A stretch of 64,000 nucleotides of DNA from Nitrososphaerales archaeon (GTDB taxonomy: Archaea > Thermoproteota > Nitrososphaeria > Nitrososphaerales > UBA57). The notes below the pieces were generated by a model, which worked only from the letters and a program-made list of their open reading frames with translations, was not told the DNA's origin and did no database searches. Positions 40,839 to 50,037 of this stretch are shown here, in pieces. Where the stretch lies: positions 5,500 to 69,499 of the forward strand of contig JAKZTE010000004.1 in the NCBI GenBank assembly GCA_047517285.1, written 5' to 3'. Numbering within the stretch: position 1 is the stretch's first letter; every line of letters starts with the position of its first letter. A program made the position numbers and the translations under genes.

Positions 40839-40891
40839 CCCTACTTCTTGAATTAATATTCAAGTTATAATATATATCGAATGTACCTATT

Positions 40892-41362
40892 TTAAATTAA
40901 AGAATTGCCATTGGAATCAATTATTCCGTTCTTAATACGAGTTGTTGAGATAGGAAGGCCATCTTTTGCATTAAGAAGTTCAATAATTTCTCCATTAAGT
41001 ATACTTAAACCCCGAGATTTTCTTTCGTCGTTTAAGGAGTCTAAACGATGGGAATTCTCAGGGGTTAGAACGATTACATCTATATTGTCTAGAAAACTTG
41101 CCGGTCCAAAGTAATCGTCTAGTTTATAGATATTATATGGAATATTTGGAAATGTGGATTTTATGAAATACTCTATATTCTTTGTTCGATTTTCGTAGTT
41201 ATTAATGACAGTTTTATTTAATTTATTTACAAAATTATCAGAACTGACTCCGATTATTACTTCGTCAGAAATTCTAAATGTTGTTTCTAATAGATGTTTA
41301 TGACCTATATGTAAAATATCAAATGTCCCGCCGACTGCGCCACGTTTGTATTTACTCATCAT
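40892..41362 (-). CDS. coaD: Phosphopantetheine adenylyltransferase (archaeal type)
   Basis: GGTFDILHIGH, D.FGP, ISTTRI..G.ID. Confidence 0.92.
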   Translation of the reverse strand: MMSKYKRGAVGGTFDILHIGHKHLLETTFRISDEVIIGVSSDNFVNKLNKTVINNYENRTKNIEYFIKSTFPNIPYNIYKLDDYFGPASFLDNIDVIVLTPENSHRLDSLNDERKSRGLSILNGEIIELLNAKDGLPISTTRIKNGIIDSNGNSLI

Positions 41363-41449
41363 AATATATACAACATGAATTGGGATTTAGATGTATCTTA
41401 AGAATATGAATAGATTTTATATTGAAGAAAATAAATTTAGAATCAAATA

Positions 41450-42355
41450 ATGGATAAACTGGAAATAGATGAAAGATTCGTTACAGCAGGAAAAATAGCG
41501 GCGACTGTTAGAGAACATTTTAAGAAAAAAGATTTAGTCGGAATGACAGTAAATCAAGTTTGTGAAGAAGTAGAATCAATGACAAGAAGGTTGGGAGCAG
41601 AGCCGGGTTTTCCATGTGGTGTATCAATCAATAGTGTTACTGCCCACTATAGTGGAGAATTATTTGACGACCAGACAATAAGAGACGATGCCGTAATTAA
41701 ATTAGATTTAGGAGCGCATATTGATGGCTATGTAGCAGATACAGCTACAACAATCTGTTATGATCCAGATTATCAAGAATTAACATTAGCAACCGAAACA
41801 GCACTGAACAATGCGATAAAGATTGTAAAGGATAAGATTTCTTCTTCCAATATCGGAAAAGTAATTTCTGATACGGCAGATAAATTTGGATTCATACCAA
41901 TATCAAATCTTTCAGGTCATTCGATTGAGAGATTCAAAGTTCATGCAGGAGTTTCTATACCTAATGTATGGACTCCAGTAGGTTCAAGTTTAAGAATAGG
42001 AAATGTATATGCAATCGAACCATTTCTTACCGTTAAAGATGGATCAGGACATGTTGTAGATGGGAAAACAAAAACAATTTACATGTTGATAAAAAGAAAG
42101 AAAACCGGCGATAAGAAAATAGATGAATTTACAAAAAAGATTTGGGATAGCAGAAACACTCTGCCATTTTCACCAAGATGGTATCTGGATGATTATAAAA
42201 AAGAGGAATTGAATTCGATGTTGAATAAACTTGTAGCAAAGAAAATCATGCGCGTATATCCTGATTTATTAGAAGCAAATAACCAAACGGTTGCACAATT
42301 TGAACATACAATAACGCCTACAGAGAATGGAGCAGTAATTCTAACAAAGACTTAG
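41450..42355 (+). CDS. map: Type II methionine aminopeptidase
   Basis: AHY, KLDLGAHIDGYVADTA, LSGH, AIEPF, AQFEHT. Confidence 0.96.
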   Translation: MDKLEIDERFVTAGKIAATVREHFKKKDLVGMTVNQVCEEVESMTRRLGAEPGFPCGVSINSVTAHYSGELFDDQTIRDDAVIKLDLGAHIDGYVADTATTICYDPDYQELTLATETALNNAIKIVKDKISSSNIGKVISDTADKFGFIPISNLSGHSIERFKVHAGVSIPNVWTPVGSSLRIGNVYAIEPFLTVKDGSGHVVDGKTKTIYMLIKRKKTGDKKIDEFTKKIWDSRNTLPFSPRWYLDDYKKEELNSMLNKLVAKKIMRVYPDLLEANNQTVAQFEHTITPTENGAVILTKT

Positions 42356-42558
42356 TTCTTTTTTATTTCTTCGCCGTATATTAAAGAAATCATAATGTTA
42401 TTGTCGCAATCTTTGCATTTAGCAAGAATTTTATGAACCAAATCTCCGTCTTTAAATTCTCTTTTAGTTGGTTTTTTACAGTCAATACATTCTTCGATTG
42501 TATAGACTGTGAGTTTTTTTCGTTTCTTGTCGGGTGCACCCATTATTGGTAATGACAT
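42352..42558 (-). CDS. Small zinc-ribbon protein
   Basis: CIDC...REFKDGD...CKDC; abuts the DUF1512 gene. Confidence 0.8.
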   Translation of the reverse strand: MSLPIMGAPDKKRKKLTVYTIEECIDCKKPTKREFKDGDLVHKILAKCKDCDNNIMISLIYGEEIKKN

Positions 42559-43677
42559 CTACTGAATTACTCCTATGGTATTACCAACGCCTACAATTAT
42601 TACTTTATCGTTAGGCTTGGTTCTTTCGTCAATAATTCTATGAATAATATCGTGAACAGAATCAACACTTTCTGCAATATCTTTGGTCATAATAGAGATC
42701 GCTTCAACAATAGTCTGTTTTACAACTATTGCGTAAACAGGGATATTATTATTTGTAGCAGCCTCTTCAATTTTGAATTTATCTACTCCAATTCCTCCTA
42801 TTGCAGCTCCTATCCCTTCGGCAACTTCGCCTGTTTTTTCACCTTCTAGTCTTAGGGCAGCGTCAATCATAATCAAAAGGGATGGATTTTCTTTCTGAAT
42901 TAACTCTTGAACGGCATTACCAGGCTGACCTACAGTTCCAGCAGGTCCTTTGGCAGTAACAAGAATTACTTTACGTCCTGAGATATCAGATTCGGCATAA
43001 ACGGTATCTACAGCGATGTCATGTTTTTCATGCTCTAGCATTAATTTACCAACAACCATAGGTCCAATCGCATCGCCGACAGGCTGATTCTTTTTGAACG
43101 TAGTCATTGCTTGGGTTAATGCGTCAGCTTGTAACATAAGAAATGGTATAATCATTTGTAATTGCGCAAGAATAATAAAATTATTTGTCTTTTTACCAAC
43201 TAGATAGAAATGACGAACAATTTTGTACACAAAGTTAAATGATGTGGCAATTTCAATAACGTTCTCTACAGAGTTCGCCTTAAGTTCATCTAAATCAGGA
43301 AACAATTGTTTAATTTCACTTTTCATTCGCATGTCTCTGCTAGTCATGATATGATCAAGTTTATTTACCACACCGGCGGGATCTAAATCAACAGGCATGA
43401 TGGTAAAATATTCAAGAAATGAATCAAGGCGTTTTATTGTTTCTTCTTTGTTATCTAGGCCTTCAGTAATATGATCAATGGTTTCTTGTCTAGACTTATC
43501 TTTCATTTCCTTTAGACGTCCAACGGTTTTGGATAAGTCATTAGTAATAAGCCAGGTTTGTAATTTTTGTCCGTATAAGATTAAAAGGGCTAACGGGAGA
43601 TAAACAATTGCAAGATTAATAATTGGATTACTTGTTATTTGCGCGTTTCCTGCTCCGATTATAAATATTAGATCCAT
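42559..43677 (-). CDS. DUF1512 family membrane-anchored protein
   Basis: PVDLDPAG, PVGDAIGPMV, IDAALRLEGEKTG, GVGNTIG. Confidence 0.88.
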   Translation of the reverse strand: MDLIFIIGAGNAQITSNPIINLAIVYLPLALLILYGQKLQTWLITNDLSKTVGRLKEMKDKSRQETIDHITEGLDNKEETIKRLDSFLEYFTIMPVDLDPAGVVNKLDHIMTSRDMRMKSEIKQLFPDLDELKANSVENVIEIATSFNFVYKIVRHFYLVGKKTNNFIILAQLQMIIPFLMLQADALTQAMTTFKKNQPVGDAIGPMVVGKLMLEHEKHDIAVDTVYAESDISGRKVILVTAKGPAGTVGQPGNAVQELIQKENPSLLIMIDAALRLEGEKTGEVAEGIGAAIGGIGVDKFKIEEAATNNNIPVYAIVVKQTIVEAISIMTKDIAESVDSVHDIIHRIIDERTKPNDKVIIVGVGNTIGVIQ

Positions 43678-43742
43678 AAAATCAACTTAATTAAGACAGT
43701 TATGTTACCACTAGAAAATAAGCATTATTAGATAAAATAAAG

Positions 43743-43857
43743 TGCCGGCACCATTGCTTCCCGAGACCGTTAGGACCTCAGTAACACATTGGCGTCGACG
43801 GTCTTAACTTCTGGGTTCGGAATGGGACCAGGTGGAACCCCGTCGCTATGGCCGGCA
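43743..43857 (-). rRNA. rrf: 5S rRNA (unlinked)
   Basis: Reverse strand TGCCGGCCATAGC...CCCATTCCGAACCCAGAAGTTAAG...TGCCGGCA with paired termini. Confidence 0.95.
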
Positions 43858-43955
43858 GCAATACATTATAAAAATTACACATAGATTAACTTTTTCATTA
43901 TTCACACGATAAAATCATATTAACGAAAGATAACTTATTATATGCAGGTATAAAA

Positions 43956-45074
43956 TTGGCAGATTATTCAGTAACTCCATGGGAAGTAAAGGGAGACGTA
44001 GATTACGATAGATTGGTAAGGGATTTTGGAACGTCGTACATTGACCAATCATTAATGAATAGGATAGAAAAGCATACTGGAAAACCGCATTTTATGTTAA
44101 AAAGAAAGGTATTTTTTAGTCATAGAGATTTCAACTGGATTCTTGACAAATATGAAAAAGACGAGAAATTCTTTTTATACACGGGAAGAGGGCCTTCAGG
44201 AGATACGCATTTAGGGCATTTACTACCTTGGATTTTTACCAAATATTTACAAGAAAAATTTGGTGTAGAGTTATATTTTCAGATTACTGATGACGAGAAA
44301 TATATGCATGACCGATCATTAACAAGGAAACAAGTATCGGATTTCTCTTATGAAAATATTTTAGACATAATAGCATTGGGTTTTGATCCAGATAAAACGT
44401 TCATTTTCAAGAATACTGAATACATAAAAACTATGTATAAAATTTCAACAGATATAGCAAAACATGTAACATTTTCCACAGCAAAAAGTATCTTTGGTTT
44501 CCAGAACAGTTCAAATATTGGAATGATTTTTTTCCCGTCGTTACAAGCTGCGACTTGTTTTTTGCCTTCAGAACTAAAAGGAAAGAATATTCCATGTTTG
44601 ATCCCAGCAGCAATAGATCAAGATGACTATTGGAGAGGAATTGCTAGAGAGGTTGCTCCAAAACTTGGATACTATAAGCCAGCTCAGATACATTCGAAAT
44701 TTTTGCCAGCATTGCAGAAGGGGGGAAAAATGAGTACGTCAAAACCAAACACTGCAATATTCACAACTGATGAACCAGAAGTAGCTGAGAAGAAAATAAA
44801 AAGTGCATTTACAGGAGGTAGGGATACAATAGAAGAGCATAGAAAACATGGAGGTAATCCAGATATAGATAGCGCATTCCAATACCTTTACATGGTTTTA
44901 GAGGAGGATGACAAGAAAATGGAAGAGATTGAGAGAGATTATAGAGCAGGTAATCTATTATCAGGAGAATTAAAACAAATAGCTGCAGAAAAGATCAAGA
45001 TATTTTTGAAGGAACATCAAAGAAAAAGAGAGTCTGCAAAGAAAACTTTCGATAAATTTATTTTGAGAGATTAA
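43956..45074 (+). CDS. trpS: Tryptophan--tRNA ligase
   Basis: VTPWEV, YTGRGPS..HLGH, IDQD, KMSTS, AFTGGR. Confidence 0.97.
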   Translation: MADYSVTPWEVKGDVDYDRLVRDFGTSYIDQSLMNRIEKHTGKPHFMLKRKVFFSHRDFNWILDKYEKDEKFFLYTGRGPSGDTHLGHLLPWIFTKYLQEKFGVELYFQITDDEKYMHDRSLTRKQVSDFSYENILDIIALGFDPDKTFIFKNTEYIKTMYKISTDIAKHVTFSTAKSIFGFQNSSNIGMIFFPSLQAATCFLPSELKGKNIPCLIPAAIDQDDYWRGIAREVAPKLGYYKPAQIHSKFLPALQKGGKMSTSKPNTAIFTTDEPEVAEKKIKSAFTGGRDTIEEHRKHGGNPDIDSAFQYLYMVLEEDDKKMEEIERDYRAGNLLSGELKQIAAEKIKIFLKEHQRKRESAKKTFDKFILRD

Positions 45075-45084
45075 GTGATTAAGA

Positions 45085-46602
45085 TTGACCGATATGAACA
45101 CAAATAACTTGCATATATTAGAAAGAAAATTATTGCAAGCGATGTCTAGTAGAAACGAGGCTGAGCTTGAGGATTTAGTTAGTGATTCTGGGCTTACTTT
45201 AGACCAAATAAGAAGATCAGTAGAATGGTTGAAAGAGAAGAATCTGATTGAGGTAAAAATAAATGAAATTAAATTAATCGCTCTTGGTAGAGAGGGGGAA
45301 AGTGCAAAGCAGAAAGGATTACCTGAAAAAAGACTTGTAGATAAGTTAAAAACTGGAGAAGATATTGAATTATCGGAATTACCAAAAAAGATAGACTTGG
45401 ATCAAGATGAATTATCAGCGGCATTGGGATATGCAAGATCAGAGAAATGGATCAAGATTTTCAAGAAAAATGACAGAGTCATGATACGAAAGGAAGGTAA
45501 TAGCGCAGTATCAAGAGTGGAAGAGGTATTAAATAAAATTTCCAGGCCTACAGAACTTTCGAATTTCACCTCGGAAGAACAGGAAATACTACGTTCGCTA
45601 GTAAAAAGACCTGATTATATTTCATATGAAATAGTAAAGAAGACACGTATAAAGATTACAAAAGATGGTTTAGAGGTTGCAAAGAATATTAGAGATGATA
45701 ATTACATCGATGTGCTAACGCCGAAGATGTTAGAATCAGGAGAATGGAGAAACAATACTTTAAGACCATTAAATGTAGAATCGCCAGCTCCAACAATATA
45801 TCCTGGAAAGAAACATCCGGTAAGAATATTCATAGATGAAGTAAGAGAGATTTTTGTATCGTTAGGTTTTCAAGAAGTAGAAGGATCGATTGTTCAATCT
45901 TCGTTTTGGAATTTTGATGCTTTGTTTACGCCTCAAGATCATCCTGCAAGAGAGATTCAAGATACTTTTTACATTGCAAATGAGAAGTCGCCTCTTAATG
46001 TAGACAAACAAATATTGAGGAATGTAGAAGGTGTACATAAAAATGGTGCAAATACGGGCTCAAAAGGTTGGGGGTACCAATGGAACATAGAACAAGCACG
46101 AAGAATGGTCATGAGAACGCATACAACGTGTGTATCAGTAAGAAACTTAGCAGACAACAAACCAGATGAGGCGAGGGTATTTTCGGTTGGAAGAGTATTC
46201 CGTAATGAGAAAGTTACTTTCAAGAACTTGGTTGAATTTCATCAGATTGAAGGAATTGTAGTAGGCAAAGATGTAACACTTAGAGATTTAATGGGATTAT
46301 TGACAAAATTCTATAAGAAATTAGGATTTGATAAGATAAAGTTTTGGCCTTCGTTTTTCCCTTATACTGAACCGTCGCTACAGTCAATGGTATATCATGA
46401 AGGTCTAGGTAAGTGGATAGAATTGGGAGGCATGGGAATATTTAGACCTGAAGTTACTAAGCCGCTCGGTGTAAACAATCCAGTTCTTGCATGGGGAAGT
46501 GGATTAGAACGACTTGTCATGTTAAGATATGGAATAGATGATGTTAGAAAGCTTTATGAAAATGATCTTGATTGGTTAAGGGGGGTTCCATTATACCCGT
46601 AA
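45085..46602 (+). CDS. pheS: Phenylalanine--tRNA ligase alpha subunit
   Basis: NFDALFTPQDHPARE.QDTF, RTHTT, EFHQ, FPYTEPS, GLERL. Confidence 0.97.
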   Translation: MTDMNTNNLHILERKLLQAMSSRNEAELEDLVSDSGLTLDQIRRSVEWLKEKNLIEVKINEIKLIALGREGESAKQKGLPEKRLVDKLKTGEDIELSELPKKIDLDQDELSAALGYARSEKWIKIFKKNDRVMIRKEGNSAVSRVEEVLNKISRPTELSNFTSEEQEILRSLVKRPDYISYEIVKKTRIKITKDGLEVAKNIRDDNYIDVLTPKMLESGEWRNNTLRPLNVESPAPTIYPGKKHPVRIFIDEVREIFVSLGFQEVEGSIVQSSFWNFDALFTPQDHPAREIQDTFYIANEKSPLNVDKQILRNVEGVHKNGANTGSKGWGYQWNIEQARRMVMRTHTTCVSVRNLADNKPDEARVFSVGRVFRNEKVTFKNLVEFHQIEGIVVGKDVTLRDLMGLLTKFYKKLGFDKIKFWPSFFPYTEPSLQSMVYHEGLGKWIELGGMGIFRPEVTKPLGVNNPVLAWGSGLERLVMLRYGIDDVRKLYENDLDWLRGVPLYP

Positions 46603-48236
46603 TCACAGTTTATTATGATAGAATATTTTCGATGTTGAAAGGTGAGATATCGAAGGATGAATTAATTGATAAGATCCCGTACCTAGGTTTGGATATTGAA
46701 GAACAAACTGAGGAATACATAAAGATAGAATATAATCCGAATCGTCCAGATTATTCTACTGATTATGGACTAGCAAGATCTTTGAATAGTTTTTTAGATT
46801 TTGAGACTCAATGTTCAAAATATGATGTATATGAAAGTGATTTAGTGATTAATATTGATAAATCAACTAAAAATGTTAGACCGTATATTGTTGCAGCAGT
46901 AATAAAAAATATCAAATTAGAGGATGAAACAATAAGGCAGATCATTACAATGCAGGAGGATCTGCACAATGGTATTGGAAGAAAAAGGAAGAAAGTTGCA
47001 ATAGGAATTCATAATTTGGATGTCATAGAATCACCTTTGGAATACATCACAGTAGATGATTCATTTTCATTTATTCCTTTAAACAAGGATTCAGATATGA
47101 CTATAAAAGAAATATTGGATTCAGAAATAGGAAATCAATATGCAAGTATACTTGCAGGGAATAATCTATATCCTATTATTAGGGATGCAAACAAACAAGT
47201 TTTGTCTTTTCCTCCAATAATTAATGGAGATTTAACTCGATTAGATTCGAAAACAACTAATTTGTTTATAGATGTAACGGGAACTGATTTAGATTCAGTG
47301 TGTAATGCATTATCGGTAATTTTTACAACTCTAAATGATGCAGGTGGAAAGGTTCATACAGTAGAGATTAATTCGGATAACTCCAAGATTAAGACACCGC
47401 AAATCAAAGAAGAGGTAATAGAAGTTGAATTAGAGTATGTAAGATCGCTTCTGGGATTGGAATTATCAGAAAAGGAAATTATTGTATATTTACGTCGATG
47501 TAGGATTTCAGCAAATATAGAAAATAATAAGGTAATAGTAAAAACAGAGCCTTTCAGATTTGATTTGATTCATCCAGTAGATGTAATTGAAGAAATTGTA
47601 CTAGGCTACGGTATACACAACCTAAAACCAACACTTCCAGGTTCGGATATGACTGGTGGATTTGATAGAAATCAACAATTCTTGGATAAAGCAAGAGATG
47701 TTCTTACAGGATTGGGATTAATTGAGATAATGACAATTGGTCTAATCAGTGAAGATATGCTAAAAAAATCTAAAATGAGTACAAATAATTTGTTAAAAGT
47801 TGTTGATACAAAAAGTATTGAACATGAAGTACTAAAAGATTCCAATGTGCCATCTATTCTCAAAACATTTTCAAAAAATATACATAAGAAATATCCTCAA
47901 AGAATCTTTGAGATTTCGAAAGTGTTTAACAAAACCGATAATGAAATACAGGAACATTATCATCTTACGGTAGGGTTAGCACATGCAACAGTGAATTTTA
48001 CAGAAGCAAGTTCATATCTAAATGCATTTGGTAAACAGTTACTTGACATGAATCTGTCGACAAGAGCTGATGAAAGTGAGTTATTTGTAAAAGGACGAGG
48101 GGCTGAAATAATTAATGAGAAGGGAATAAAAATCGGAATAGTGGGAGAAATTAATCCACAGGTTTTAGAGAATTTTGCATTACGAACGCCAATATCATTG
48201 TTTGATATAGATTTAGATGAATTAATGAAGAGATAA
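46572..48236 (+). CDS. pheT: Phenylalanine--tRNA ligase beta subunit (start uncertain; possibly ATA at 46593)
   Basis: NRPD, RPYI, QEDLH..IGRKR, SFPPIIN, DVIEE. Confidence 0.95.
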   Translation: MVKGGSIIPVITVYYDRIFSMLKGEISKDELIDKIPYLGLDIEEQTEEYIKIEYNPNRPDYSTDYGLARSLNSFLDFETQCSKYDVYESDLVINIDKSTKNVRPYIVAAVIKNIKLEDETIRQIITMQEDLHNGIGRKRKKVAIGIHNLDVIESPLEYITVDDSFSFIPLNKDSDMTIKEILDSEIGNQYASILAGNNLYPIIRDANKQVLSFPPIINGDLTRLDSKTTNLFIDVTGTDLDSVCNALSVIFTTLNDAGGKVHTVEINSDNSKIKTPQIKEEVIEVELEYVRSLLGLELSEKEIIVYLRRCRISANIENNKVIVKTEPFRFDLIHPVDVIEEIVLGYGIHNLKPTLPGSDMTGGFDRNQQFLDKARDVLTGLGLIEIMTIGLISEDMLKKSKMSTNNLLKVVDTKSIEHEVLKDSNVPSILKTFSKNIHKKYPQRIFEISKVFNKTDNEIQEHYHLTVGLAHATVNFTEASSYLNAFGKQLLDMNLSTRADESELFVKGRGAEIINEKGIKIGIVGEINPQVLENFALRTPISLFDIDLDELMKR

Positions 48237-48240
48237 ATTT

Positions 48241-48852
48241 CTAGGATCGGATTGTAACTTTCATTGTAACTTTATCGAGAGGATTATCATTAGAATCTCT
48301 TTTGACATTTACAATTTTATCGGCAACGTCCATACCTTTGATTACTTCGCCAAATATAGAATACTGTTTATCTAAGAAATTAGAATCTGCAACAACAATA
48401 AAGAATTGTGAACCTGCGGAATTAGGGTCCTGTGCTCGGGCCATTGATAATATACCTCGTTTATGTGTCAGGTCTTGGCTAAATTCAGCATTAACAGAGG
48501 TATTTGGTCCATTTGCAGAATGTCCTCCTTGACCATCATTACTTCGATCGTCATCTTTAGAATTGGGGTCGCCTCCTTGTATCATAAATCCAGGGATAAC
48601 TCGATGAAAAGTGGTTCCGTCGTAATATCCTTCATTAGCTAATCGTATAAAATTATCAACATGTCCAGGGGCAACATCAGGAAATAGCTTAATCTCTATA
48701 GTGCCATAAGTAGTTTCTATAACTGCTATTGGATCAGGACTAGCACTCATACTATCTGATGGGTCAGAGTTATTATTAAATAATAAGAATCCAGCTCCAA
48801 CTAAAATAACCACACCGACAATAGCGGCGATTCTATTATTTCCACTCAACAT
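48241..48852 (-). CDS. Cyclophilin-type peptidyl-prolyl isomerase with N-terminal membrane anchor
   Basis: FHRVIPGFMIQGGDP, LSMAR, SAGSQFFI; hydrophobic N-terminus. Confidence 0.95.
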   Translation of the reverse strand: MLSGNNRIAAIVGVVILVGAGFLLFNNNSDPSDSMSASPDPIAVIETTYGTIEIKLFPDVAPGHVDNFIRLANEGYYDGTTFHRVIPGFMIQGGDPNSKDDDRSNDGQGGHSANGPNTSVNAEFSQDLTHKRGILSMARAQDPNSAGSQFFIVVADSNFLDKQYSIFGEVIKGMDVADKIVNVKRDSNDNPLDKVTMKVTIRS

Positions 48853-48960
48853 AATAAATAAAAAAGGGCACGATTCTTATTTAATTCTTTAAAAATAGAT
48901 AAATTAGTAGAACATTGGATAGTTGTGGTTATAAATACATTGTGACGGCCGATTATGAAG

Positions 48961-49017
48961 TTGTGTGATATGCACTTTGATGATTTTTTGGCCACCCAGC
49001 GATGTGACAGATCACAA
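48961..49017 (+). ncRNA. Possible small structured RNA (C/D-like)
   Basis: TGTGAT/ATCACA terminal stem, TGATGA box, upstream TTATAAAT; D boxes poor. Confidence 0.3.
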
Positions 49018-49020
49018 ATA

Positions 49021-49093
49021 GCCCCGATTTAAGAGGAGTTGTAAGTACTGGCTTTATGCCAAAACGATGATCTATTTCAGTCAGAGGCGGGGT
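49021..49093 (+). ncRNA. Probable box C/D sRNA
   Basis: GCCCCG/CGGGGT stem; C AAGAGGA, 10-nt guide, D' CTGG, C' ACGATGA, 11-nt guide, D CAGA. Confidence 0.55.
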
Positions 49094-49102
49094 ATAAAAT
49101 CA

Positions 49103-49127
49103 ACATAGTGTTAATAGATAGTGTCAA
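49103..49127. promoter_or_regulatory. Direct repeat ATAGTGTYAA (x2) next to a TATA-like element
   Basis: ATAGTGTTAA (49105) and ATAGTGTCAA (49118), then TTTTAAAA. Confidence 0.35.
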
Positions 49128-49173
49128 CTTTTAAAATTGTAGTTCAAGAATTATAAATAATAAGAAGGATGAT

Positions 49174-50037
49174 GTGTTATTGAATAAAGAAGAATTAATT
49201 ATAGAATTAGAAACTAGATCTGAAGCATACATAATGAGGTTTGACAAAGCTCTTATCAAAGTATTTGACAGTCATTTATGGTCAAGTTTTCATGAACCTT
49301 TATTGTATGCAACACATGGAGGAAAAAGAATTAGACCTCTGATTTTGATGTTATCGGCTGAAGCTGTAGGTGTACCTTCCACTAAAACAGATTTGGCTTC
49401 GGTGGCAGTTGAGCTTTTACATACAGAATCAATAATACATGATGACATAATTGATGAACAAATAAAGAGGCGTGACAGAGATTCATTCCATAAGCGATAT
49501 GGAAATAATACATCAATTTTAAGTGCTGATTTTGTATTTGGTATTATTTTAGAAATTGTGTCTAGATACAATGATCCACGAGTGGCGAAAGAATTATCGT
49601 TAGCAGCAATTAAGATGTGCGAAGGTGAACAAAGAGAATTAAACATGAATGCAAGAAAAGTTCCATGGGTAGAATATTTAACAGTGATTAGCGAGAAAAC
49701 TGCAGTGTTATTCCAGACATCGTCAAAATTAGGTGCAATTATTGGGGGTGGAAATGAAGAAGAAATAGATGGTTTAGCTGGTTTTGGTGTAAATCTTGGT
49801 ATTGCATATCAAATTCATGATGATATTTTAGATTGGGAAACGGACAAAAAGTTCTCAAATGAGATGAAAATTAGCGATGATGATGAAGAGAATGAATATG
49901 TGACTCTGATGAAATTAAAGGAAATGGCAAATGTATATGCAGAAAATGCAAAGAATTCATTAGACGTGATTAGAGATTCTGAACAAAAGGAATTTCTTCA
50001 CGATTTAGCAGATTTTACAATTAGACGGGATTATTAG
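49174..50037 (+). CDS. Polyprenyl diphosphate synthase (second copy)
   Basis: GGKRIRP, HDDIID..RR, KTA, YQIHDD. Confidence 0.92.
   Translation: MLLNKEELIIELETRSEAYIMRFDKALIKVFDSHLWSSFHEPLLYATHGGKRIRPLILMLSAEAVGVPSTKTDLASVAVELLHTESIIHDDIIDEQIKRRDRDSFHKRYGNNTSILSADFVFGIILEIVSRYNDPRVAKELSLAAIKMCEGEQRELNMNARKVPWVEYLTVISEKTAVLFQTSSKLGAIIGGGNEEEIDGLAGFGVNLGIAYQIHDDILDWETDKKFSNEMKISDDDEENEYVTLMKLKEMANVYAENAKNSLDVIRDSEQKEFLHDLADFTIRRDY

Noticed and set aside
40847-40864. Inverted repeat CTTGAAT-N4-ATTCAAG upstream of tRNA-Trp
   Set aside because: Single short AT-rich palindrome with no second copy noticed; may be chance.
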